The notes beneath the pieces are model-generated. The model was not told the DNA's origin. It worked only from the letters and a program-made list of their open reading frames with translations, and searched no databases. DNA of 64,000 nucleotides, from the NCBI GenBank assembly GCA_965205505.1, contig CBDBHB010000009.1, positions 96,001 to 160,000 on the forward strand, written 5' to 3'. The stretch is from Acidobacteriota bacterium. GTDB lineage: Bacteria; Acidobacteriota; UBA890; WLXD01. The translations under genes were made by a program, and so were the position numbers. Positions 1 to 8,696 of this stretch are shown piece after piece. Position 1 is the stretch's first letter, and each line of letters opens with the position of its first letter.

Positions 1-329
1 TGGCCGGTTGCCTCGACTGGCTCGGATGCATGGTCGAAGAGGAACTCGATTAGATCGAATATCTCTTCCTCGGCTAGATCGTCTTTCCTGTCCCAGATCG
101 GGAAAAGTCCCTTTCGGCGTACTTTTCGGAATGAGTAGATCTCGACATCGCCTACGCTGCCTGGGATGTAGCCGTCCACGCAATTCATTCCCAGGCGCTC
201 CTGGAAACAGCCCCGCTCCTCGAAGGTCTGGTAGGTTGCGTAGAACAGGTCTCGGAGTAACTCAAGGTCGATCTTCGCCCCATCCTCAAGCATGTCGCTT
301 CTAACTGAATAGTACTTTCGATCTCTCAT
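1..329 (-). CDS. N-terminal part of a hypothetical protein with an AbiJ-N-terminal-like domain (possible defence protein); runs off the window edge
   Basis: Own translation from ATG at 329: MRDRKYYSVRSD...FQERLGMNCVDG...LFPIW...EIFDLIEFLFDHASEP, open to position 1. Absent from the ORF track because its stop lies outside the window. Lower GC than the backbone. Confidence 0.65.
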   Translation of the reverse strand, partial: MRDRKYYSVRSDMLEDGAKIDLELLRDLFYATYQTFEERGCFQERLGMNCVDGYIPGSVGDVEIYSFRKVRRKGLFPIWDRKDDLAEEEIFDLIEFLFDHASEPVEATG

Positions 330-940
330 GACTCGTGGGTTGACCTGAGGTTCCCGGATCCGTGGACTGGACCGAAAGCGGTAGCGGGCTCGCCGACGTT
401 GTAGGACACGCAGCGACTCTAACGCGAGACCTCGTCAGCACGTCGCGGGCCGCGGCGTTGCCCTGGCATTGCGCGCCGAGATTCAGGGCCCGCGGCGTTG
501 CGCGGCAACGGTCCAAGACTTCGGCCGGATGAAGCCGTGAACCGATGGCAGGATGCAGCGGAGATCGCCGAGCAAAAGTGGTTCCGGTAGCAGCGCGTTG
601 CCGGCGAACAAGTAGCCCTCGATTCACTCGCGCACCGCGGCGGAGCGCTGGCGCTTGTACGCGATCGCAACTAGCGACCACCACCCTCCCACAGGAACAA
701 ACCCCATGATGCAGGGTGTCCAGGCCCCTCGGTTGCGGTTCAGCGGCGTCTCCGGGGCGGTTTTTTGGAGAGTGCTATCCCTGCCTGTTTAACGGGGGGC
801 ATCGAAAGTCAGGGCCGCGCCAGTCCCGGATACCGCTCAGTGCCCTGACAGATGTAAGAAAAATTCTTCGAGGTCATGAAATGACCACGAAATGAGCAGA
901 CGCCGGAAATCGCCGCCAGGCCCCGAAGTCATCCGCTGCA

Positions 941-1231
941 TGCGCTCGAGCTAACCGGTATCGGCAGCGGCGAGCCGGCATCCTCCGCAACGAGCCGTTG
1001 TGCCGTCCTTGCGCCGAGGCGGGCTTCACGGTCGCCGCGGAGAAAATCGACCACATCGATTACATCGAGCCCGTGCAACTAGCGCCCGAGCGCTTCTGGG
1101 ACCGCGACAACGTCCAGCTGACCTACCAGGAGTGTCACGAGCGCAAGCATGCCGGCGGTGGGCGGATAGCCCCTCAGCCGTTGGCCGGCTTGACGAAGCG
1201 GTACCCGAACCGGGGCTCGGTGAAGATGTAG
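941..1231 (+). pseudogene. phage-type HNH endonuclease remnant
   Basis: RQRRAGILRNEPLCRPC...KIDHIDYI...FWDRDNVQLTYQECHERKH matches the PLCxxC...DH...N.Q.LC..CH..K pattern. One Cys is lost and there is no clean in-frame start. Confidence 0.6.
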
Positions 1232-1417
1232 GTAGGGCTGGCGGCATTGTCACCGAGCTTGCGGCGGAGCTTCTTGATGTAAGGCACGCACGAGCCGAGG
1301 GTTGCCGGAGCTGCGTGAGCGCCACACGCGGCGCAGCAGCTGATCGTGGGTCGATACGCGGCCGGCGTTGGCTGAAATGACGCTGAGCAGATCGTACTCG
1401 GTGGCGGTCAGTTGCCG
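1174..1417 (-). pseudogene. OmpR/KdpE-type winged-helix DNA-binding domain fragment (response regulator C-terminus)
   Basis: Reverse strand reads LTATEYDLLSVISANAGRVSTHDQLLRRVW...RLVRA / frameshift / YIKKLRRKLGDNAASPTYIFTEPRFGYRF*. The 5' part is missing at the junction with IS256 sequence. Confidence 0.7.
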
Positions 1418-2377
1418 CGTTTGGCCGGCCAGGCTCTAGGTATCTCCACGCGAAAGGTCGACCAGTTGGTCAAGGCCACGGGACTGGAGGGGATCTCCAA
1501 GTCTCGGGTCTCGGAAATGTCCAAGAGCCTGGATGAGAGCGTCGAGGCATTCCGCAATCGAGCTCTGGATGCGGGCCCGTACCCATTCGTGTAGCTGGAC
1601 GCGATGCAGATCAAGAACCGCGAGGGAGGCCGCGTGGTCAACGTCACCGCCGTGATGGCCATCGGGGTCAACGGCGACGGGTACCGGAGATCCTCGGGGT
1701 GGACGTGATTACGAGCGAGGATGGCGCCGGTCGGTTGGCGTTCCTGCGCTCCTTGGTGAGCCGGGGCCTGAGCGGCGTGCAGTTGACGATCTCCGACGCG
1801 CACGAGGGGCTCAAGGGAGCGATCGGAGCGGCACTGCCAGGATCCAGCTGGCAGCGTTGCCGGACGCACTTCATGGTCAATCTGCTGGCAAGGTGCCCAA
1901 GGTAGCCCAGAGCGCCGTGGCCACGCTGGTGCGCTCCATCTACGCACAAGACGAACACGACAGCAACTACGCTCAGTTCCGCCGGGTCGTGGAGCACCTC
2001 AAGAGTCGGTTCCCTGGGGCGGCCGAGCTGCTCGCCGATGCTCAGGAGGAGTTGCTCGCCTGCGCTTCCTTCCCCAAGGCCGTGGAGCGCCAGATCTGGT
2101 CCAACAACCCGCTCGAGCGGATCAACAAGGAGGTTCGCCGATGCACCGATGTCGTCGGCATCTTTCCTAATCGCTCAGCGCTGATCCGGCTGGTTGGCGC
2201 CGTACTTGCCGAGCAGAACGATGAGTGGGCCATCTCCCGCCGCTACATGCGCCTCGAGGTCATCTCCGAGGCTCTCTCCCCTCAACCATCGACCAGTATG
2301 AGGAGGACCTGCTCGCCATCAGCGCTTGAAACTAGATCGACTCAGTGGCCTTCGTACACCACTTGACGGCACGTGAC
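1412..2377 (+). mobile_element. IS256-family element, 5'-truncated, with a broken transposase
   Basis: Fragments GISTRKV...GISKSRVS, (stop)LDA, ISDAHEGLK, WQRCRTHF and IWSNNPLERINKEVRR...VGIFPN lie across three frames, with an in-frame TAG at 1592. Terminal TACACCACTTGACGGCACGTGAC resembles IS256/IS1081-type right ends. Confidence 0.85.
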
Positions 2378-2429
2378 TGTCGGTCGAGCCTATTGGTCCA
2401 TGCCTCAGCTGTTAAGTGCACTTACCTAT

Positions 2430-3164
2430 GGCAAGACCGCGGGTGTCCAACAGGCGCATAAGGAGGACCGGATCACCTTTTCCGCTCTCACCGGGTGGCC
2501 CGGCAACTACATCTGCGCCGAGGGCCGCTACCGAGAGGGCGATGCGGAGAAGCGTGCCGGGATCTTCATCGGCCCGGAGTTCGGCACGGTCTCGCGGCCT
2601 GATTTGGTCGATGCTGCCCGCGAGGCGGGCGACGCTGGGTTCGACGTGCTCATTGCCTGCGCGTTCAACTACGAGGCACATGCGAGCGAGCTCCACAACC
2701 TCGGGCGTATCCCGGTGCTCAAGGCTCGCATGAACGCCGACCTGCATATGGCCGCCGACCTGAAGGCCACCGGCAAGGGCAATCTGTTCGTGATCTTCGG
2801 CGAGCCGGACATCGACATCCTGCCGGAGCCAGACGAGAGACTGCGCGTGAAGGTCAAAGGCGTGGACGTGTTCGATCCGTCCACCGGCGAGGTCCGCAGT
2901 GATTCGGCCGACGGCATCGCCTGCTGGTTCATCGACGACGACTACGACGGCGAGAGCTTCTTCGTTCGCCAGGCCTATTTCCTGGGCCAGAATGACCCGT
3001 ACAAGGCGCTCAAGACCACACTGAAGGCGGAGATCGACACCGAGGCCTGGGCAACACTGAACAGTGACACGTCGCGTCCGTTCGGGAGGCCGGCGTCGGG
3101 TCGGATTGCCGTGAAGGTGATTAACCACCTCGGCGACGAGGTCATGAAGGTGTTCCGGGTCTGA
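2430..3164 (+). pseudogene. C-terminal fragment of a site-specific DNA methyltransferase (type III Mod-like)
   Basis: KTAGVQQAHKEDRI, IGPEFGTV, LKARMNADLHM, GNLFVIFGEPDI, WFIDDDYDGESFFVRQAYF and RIAVKVINHLGDEVMKVF are characteristic of this family's C-terminus. The catalytic N-terminal part is missing. Confidence 0.75.
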
Positions 3165-3203
3165 GTCTCGGGCGCCATCACCGAGTGCGCTGGAGACTCG
3201 GGC

Positions 3204-3270
3204 ATGGAGTTCCGCATCGCCGACAGCTTCACCGACAGCCTCGCTCGGCTCACCGGCGGGGAGCAGAGGG
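3204..3270 (+). pseudogene. N-terminal stub of a UvrD-like helicase/3'-5' exonuclease
   Basis: MEFRIADSFTDSLARLTGGEQ matches the N-terminus of the helicase that commonly follows this methyltransferase. Similarity ends after about 21 codons. Confidence 0.55.
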
Positions 3271-3553
3271 CCGCGCCTCCAGGGCTTCGGTGTCGCCGGC
3301 AGCGCGGGCGCGTACCAGCGCTGCCAGGAGTGCCCCATCCATCCGGAACACCTCTGTGCGCCGGTACCAGGTCGGTGGCCCTCCAGCCGTGAGCTCCACT
3401 GCCTGATCGGTCACGGACAGCACACGTAGCAATGCGGCGCGCCCATCCGCCATGCGGCACAGAACCAGCTGGCCTCTCTTCATACGGCACGATGAGAGCT
3501 TAAGCTAGGAAGTGCCGGATGGAACTTTAACCTACCTGATGGAGAAAAAGGTG

Positions 3554-4064
3554 ATGGCTATCAACAAGGCCGTTCGTGACGGACTCCAAGCAGAACAAAC
3601 AGACGTTGCGGATGAGATGGCTCAGCTTGAGGCACGGCTGCAGTGGCTCAAGACACGAGCAGGACGCCCTTCGCTTAATCCTGGACCAAGAAACCGCACC
3701 GGACGCCAGACTGCGCCAACCCAGTGTTCGTGATGCGGCCCGAGCGGTACTCAAGGAGGCTGGGGCGCTGAAGCCTGCGCAGGTCACGCAGATTCTGCGT
3801 GATCGTGGCTATCAGCTCAAAGGAAAGATGAAGCCGGGTGCGCGTGTCGGGCAGGAGCTTTGGGCGATGGCCAAGTCGGGCACGTTGAGCAAGAACTCCG
3901 CTGGAGAGTACTTCTTGCCCGATGAGGAACAAAACGAACCGGACACGGCTGCGCCACCGCCGCCCAGCTCAGATGAGGATGCCTCAGCCGTCCGGAACGA
4001 ATCAGCCGACGCAACAGGTGCGGACAGCGGTACCGAGGCAGAAGGGTCAGGAGCATCGAGTTGA
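3554..4064 (+). pseudogene. coiled-coil plus winged-helix-like protein, split by a frameshift near 3655
   Basis: GGAG RBS before 3551-3554. Frame A (MAINKAVRDGLQAEQTDVADEMAQLEARLQWLK) continues naturally into frame B (EQDALRLILD...SVRDAARAVLKEAGALKPAQVTQILRDRGY...LSKNSAGEYFL). Confidence 0.45.
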
Positions 4065-4307
4065 GGGTCTTGAGGTCGGTGCCGGTGAGTTCCACTCCAT
4101 TCGATCCGTTGATGGACCTTAGCCCCTTCGGCGGCGCTTAGGGTCCAGTGGCATTTGTCTTTCACGACGGCGACACGACTCCGCTCGATCTTTCCTTTCA
4201 CTTCCTCGACGCCGATGGCGGTTCCGAAGTTACCCCGGAACTGTGCGCCGCCGAGACCGGTGGCCGCGTCCACGCATCTGCTCGAAGTCCGCGACGAGAA
4301 GCCGGCC

Positions 4308-4364
4308 TTAGGTTTAGGACCTAGTGAGTTTCGGCTCGTGGAGGTTCAAGTCCTCTCTTGGTCA
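4308..4364 (+). other. 3' fragment of tRNA-Leu(TAG), probable att-site duplication
   Basis: Anticodon arm TTAGG-TTTAGGA-CCTAG, variable arm GAGT-TTCG-GCTC, T-arm GGAGG-TTCAAGT-CCTCT and 3' acceptor strand. There is no D-arm or 5' acceptor strand. Confidence 0.75.
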
Positions 4365-4450
4365 CTCGGTGTAACTTATTGTCAAATAAGAAGATTTCAG
4401 GGGGATCGAGGCATTACGTCTCGGTCCACTTTCGCCGTTTTCACGGAGAA

Positions 4451-4471
4451 AGTTAACAAATAGTTAACAAA
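4451..4471 (+). repeat. tandem direct repeat AGTTAACAAA x2 (candidate integrase arm-type sites)
   Basis: Exact 10-bp copies at 4451-4460 and 4462-4471, about 90 bp from the tRNA-Leu fragment. Confidence 0.55.
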
Positions 4472-4535
4472 ACGGTCGCGAATTCGGCGGCGGTAACGAT
4501 TCCGTTTGCCGACGGGCTTGACGGCATGGTGCGGC

Positions 4536-4941
4536 CTATACGCCGCCCTGATCCCGAGGCGCGATCTCCGCCAGGGCTACCGCCCGGCAGAGAATTGGGA
4601 CCAGAAGGCCGGCTTTGAATGCGGAGCTCAGATTGCCTTCGCAGAACCGATCTCCGCGGATCAAGCAGGTAAGCACCCGGCTCAATTGCTCGGGCGTCGC
4701 CCGGTTGAAGGCTTCCGGATTGGTTCGAAACGGTTACGCTTCCGCCGCATCCTTCCAAGTCGACCAATCAAACCGCTGTATCCAACCCATCCGATAGCAT
4801 GTGTCGATCAACTTAGCTGCCGGCTCGGAAAAGTCGAACCACGGAAAGTGACCCGGTTCCGGTATCCTTTGTCCGAACTCGAACCCGGGGGGCTTCGAAC
4901 TCGGGCAGCAAGGCAGCGAGCGCGGCGAGGCGCTCATGCAT
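4536..4941 (-). pseudogene. DUF6508-like protein pseudogene
   Basis: MHERLAALAALLPEFEAP / frameshift in a G-run / GFEFG...GWIQRFDWSTW..EA* then in-frame PEAFNRATPEQLSRVLTCLIRGDRFCEGNLSSAFKAGLL. Internal TAA at 4734-4736. Confidence 0.65.
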
Positions 4942-5294
4942 CGTCGCTTTGCTGCCAGGCCCGTCGCGGGGTTCGATCGTCGGCCAGGTATCAGGTTGTT
5001 TCACTTGCGTTCTCCGTGCAGCGCCGATCGCCCGCTCCGTTCACTCGCGGCCGGCGGCGCTTCGACGGCGACCGCGAGTCCGTCCGTTTATGCCGCGCCT
5101 AACAGAACACAATCACACACCGAAACAGGGGGCGGTCGACGTCGCGCTTCCGGGGCCAGAGGAACCGAACGGCCCGGTACGCAGCCATTCACATCGTTGC
5201 CATCGCGTTGGCGACCTGGCGGACGTGGGCCTCGCGAAGTTCGAGCCATGCTCGATTGTGAAGCCCGCCCCCTGGAACATCCCGCGAGCATTCA

Positions 5295-5395
5295 TCTGAA
5301 GCTCAGAGACGAGCTGCTGAACGCAGAGATCTCTACACGCTCGCCGAGGCAAAGGACCTTGGTGCAAGGCTGGCGACGTGAGTATAACCGTGAGG
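5295..5395 (+). mobile_element. IS3-family transposase integrase-core remnant
   Basis: KLRDELLNAE...WRREYN matches the IS3 OrfB C-terminal motif. Nothing else of the element is recognisable. Confidence 0.55.
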
Positions 5396-5587
5396 GGCAG
5401 GGTCGTCGGTTGTTGCGCGCCGCATCGTGGTCCCGCTGTGCGGAGTGTGGTGCAGATGGCCTCGGGCGCTGCGCCGCTAGCGGGGTGCTGTGGCGCGTCG
5501 GTGCGGCAGTAGGTTGCGGCGGCGATCGACGGCGACTCCGATCAGCGAGCGCAGGGAGATAATCGCTGCGCCAGCGGGACTTTCCGC

Positions 5588-5625
5588 GGTAGCGGGGGCA
5601 GGATTTGAACCTGCGACCTTTCGGT
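5588..5625 (-). other. 3' fragment of an initiator-type tRNA-Met, probable att scar
   Basis: Reverse complement ACCGAAAGGTCGCAGGTTCAAATCCTGCCCCCGCTACC is the T-arm and acceptor end of tRNA-fMet. The 5' half is absent. Confidence 0.75.
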
Positions 5626-5630
5626 GGAGA

Positions 5631-6104
5631 TTACGGCAGGGCCGCCACCGTAGCGTAGATCTCCGCGTAGTCCGGCGCAACGCCGAGGCTCTCCGCGACC
5701 CAGTGATAACGGACCACACCATCCTTGTCGACGATGGTCACGGCGCGGTTGGCGGCGACGTATCCCGGCAAGCCGCCCAACGCCGGGAACGCCACGCCAT
5801 AGGCATGCACGACGTCCCGGTTGTAGTCGCTGAGGAAAGTGTAGTCGACGCCATGCGCGGCCTTCCACGCGTCGAGCGCGAAGGGCGGGTCGACCGTGAT
5901 GCCGATGATCTCGGCATTCATAGCGCTGAACTGATCGATGCGGTCGCGAAGCGCGCACATCTCCGTCGTGCACACGCTGGTGAAGGCGCCGGGGAAAAAG
6001 GCGAGCACAACGTTTCTACCACGGTATTCGCTGAGGCTGCGCTGTTGCTCCAGGGTCTCATGTAGCGTGAAATCGGGAGCGGGCTGCCCTACGGTAATGG
6101 CCAT
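5631..6104 (-). CDS. peroxiredoxin (AhpC/TSA, BCP/AhpE-like)
   Basis: VGQPAPDFTL, FFPGAFTSVCTTEMC (PxxxTxxC) and FLSD...YGV. Confidence 0.9.
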   Translation of the reverse strand: MAITVGQPAPDFTLHETLEQQRSLSEYRGRNVVLAFFPGAFTSVCTTEMCALRDRIDQFSAMNAEIIGITVDPPFALDAWKAAHGVDYTFLSDYNRDVVHAYGVAFPALGGLPGYVAANRAVTIVDKDGVVRYHWVAESLGVAPDYAEIYATVAALP

Positions 6105-6738
6105 TGACCAAACTCCTGATCGGGATTGCCGGTGAATAGCCTAATGGTCTCGGCATACACATCGGCTCCGAGCGCAAGGCTCTGACGAAGACGGGGAACT
6201 CGCCGACAACCGACCGAGATATTACTGCACCGCAAGGCTGGACGCGTGATGCGGCGCGCACGTGGCGTATACGACGAAGGGCGGGTGGCAGTGATGCGGC
6301 GGTTCGAGAAACAGGAGAACGAATCAGATTCTGTAGAAGCTGAATCCCCACACTGGCCTCTACTCCCCACGGTCAAGCGCCTCCTTCACCCTCGGCTGAA
6401 CGAAACAAACTGAGCCCCGAGAACTGCACCAGCCGATCTAGCGTCTTCCACGGGAAGACCTTCCCGTCTGGTGCGAGCAGGAGCTTCTTCATGTCTTCAT
6501 GTCGAACCCCTGAAGCCGCGACCTCGAACTTCCGCTCACCGGTTTTCTGGCCAGCTCGACTCAGGCATCAAGACTCTGGAGGGCTGCTCGGTCAGCGATG
6601 GGTGGATGCCCCGCGTTCTTGTCTGCCGCAGCGTCGCCCGGCTCGTCACTCTCCCGCACCGCACGAACGCGAGCGGCGCCCGAAGACGGCTGTTTTCGTG
6701 GCCCAGGGCCGCCGGACGGCGGGGATCAAGCGGAGACA

Positions 6739-7751
6739 AACCCCATCGCCCCCGGGTCGAGCTATTCGCACTTCGATACCCGCGCCAGCCCGGACCTGCT
6801 GATGGAGCCGGCGCTGTCGCCGGTCCTGCCGTTCGCCGACGTTGATCTCACCGACGACGCACTGCGTGACATGGGCTGGCGCGCCGGCCGGTTCCGATCC
6901 GAGGTGAGCGTCACCGATGACGAGAACAGCGGTTTCAACGACTCGGAGCTGGGAGCCGACCGACGCGCAGCGCTGGAGTTCATGCTCGGGATCTGGGAAC
7001 GGCTGCTGGGCAGCGCGTCGCGGGTGAGGGTGGAGGCCGGGTTTGCGGAGCTCACGTGCTCGGTGGAGGAGGGTGCAATCTTGGCGCAGGCTGGCCCGCG
7101 GTTCGTGTTCACCGATTTCCGCGGCGGCGAGCCGGGCGTCTGGTATCCGGGTCCTATGGCCAAGTCCATCGCCCGCAGCAACCTCGATGAGGATGACGTC
7201 GACATCGGCATCACCTTCAACGCCTCGATCGACGATGCGTGCCGTGGACCCGGCACGAGCTGGTACTACGGCGTCGATGGCAGCACCCCGCCCCAGCAGG
7301 TGTCGTTCGTCGCCGTGGCGTTGCACGAGATCGCGCACGGGCTCGGGTTCCTAGGATTGACGGATCTGGATAGGGGCGCCTTCTTCCGTAACCTCCCGGA
7401 CATCTTCGCCACCATGACCTTCGACAACCAGCGCAACCGGACGTGGGACGAGCTGTCGCGGGTGGCACGACGCAAGTCGGCAGTGCGGGACGGGCAGGTG
7501 GCGTTTACGGGCGCCAAGACTCAGCGTGGCGCCCGGCCGCTGCTGCGCGGTGCCTACGTCCTGCAGATCGCCGACCCTCCGAACCTTGCCGGAACGCATA
7601 TCGTCGGCCGGGCGTTCTTTGGCCCGGAGCTCGACGAGGACGGCGTCACCAACGAACTGGCGTTGGCCGACGACGGCTCCGCGACGTCGACACTCGCCTG
7701 CCAGCCGCTGGTCAACGGCGCTGAGGTCTACGGCAAGATCGCTGTGGTCGG
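6739..7751 (+). pseudogene. truncated paralog of the PA-domain metallopeptidase at 23575-25158
   Basis: Collinear with the full copy from NPIAPGSSYSHFD through HEIAHGLGF to GKIAVV. It lacks the signal region and the end of the PA domain. Confidence 0.8.
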
Positions 7752-8264
7752 GCGTATCTCAAGAGCCTCCTGCGGCGCGTCATCATCCGGTCCGGCAGCA
7801 TCCAGATCCAGATCGCCGCGGACCGGGTCACCGAGGCGGTGTGCTCGGAGCCCGATGGCGGGCCGGTGCTGCCATCAACCCTCACCCACGACACCATCAC
7901 CGTGGAGATCCCCGCCGTGCTCCAGCGCGCCGGCATGGCGGTGAGGCTGATCGTCCCCGGCGCCGGGGACGAGCCCCGGCCGGACCCGAGCCTGATGCGG
8001 CTGCTCGTGCGCGCCTTCGGGATCCGTGATCGACTGGACCGCAACCCCGATCTCACGATCCAAAGGATCGCCGAGGCCGAGGGTGTGGTGGCCTCCTACG
8101 CCACCCGACTGCTGCGGTTGAGCTTCCTGGCGCCGGACATCGTCGCGGCCATCCTCGAAGGCCGCCCGCCGCTGGAGTTAACCGCCAACAAGCTCATGCG
8201 CGACACGCGACTGCCTCTGGAATGGACCGCGCAGCGGCAGCGTCTAGGGTTTCCGACCGCTTAG
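7752..8264 (+). pseudogene. C-terminal fragment of a large serine recombinase
   Basis: LLRRVII...PDPSLMRLLVRA...IAEAEGV..SY.TRLLRLSFLAPDIVAAILEGR.P..LT...L....LPLEW..QR..LGF is the typical C-terminus of tRNA-adjacent island recombinases. Confidence 0.8.
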
Positions 8265-8473
8265 TCTTTGAATGGGCACCGTCAACGGCCAAAAACCCGT
8301 ACCACCGCAAGGGGCTCGAGAGACATCGGCGCCGCAAGCTGGCGCCGGAGCGCACCGTGGTGTCTCTGTTGGCTTCAGGGGCAGCATCGAGTACCGCTAA
8401 AGTCCTGAGAATAAAAGGGATATAGGCGGCGGTCTTGATAACTCCCGCAGTAATCTCAATGGCTCAAGTGGTA

Positions 8474-8563
<90 letters not shown>

Positions 8564-8696
8564 ACGAGAAACGGGCGACGCTCATCGTAGCAGGCTGTGG
8601 TGGAAGTGCCGTAACCCGGTCAACAGGCGCGCCGCACCGCTGTACGGTCGAGGTTGCCGACTCTGCCGCCGAGGCCGGCGTCGGCGGCCCGGCCGC

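Noticed and set aside
4308-4364. functional tRNA-Leu gene
   Set aside because: There is no D-arm and no 5' acceptor strand upstream.
5588-5625. functional tRNA-Met gene
   Set aside because: The anticodon and 5' half would fall inside the peroxiredoxin coding sequence and are absent.
6530-6563. possible IS terminal inverted repeat ending in CA
   Set aside because: No partner repeat or transposase was found nearby.
6598-7944. 448-aa ORF as an intact gene
   Set aside because: Only 6739-7751 aligns to the paralog. The start region looks unrelated and the tail is out-of-frame recombinase sequence.
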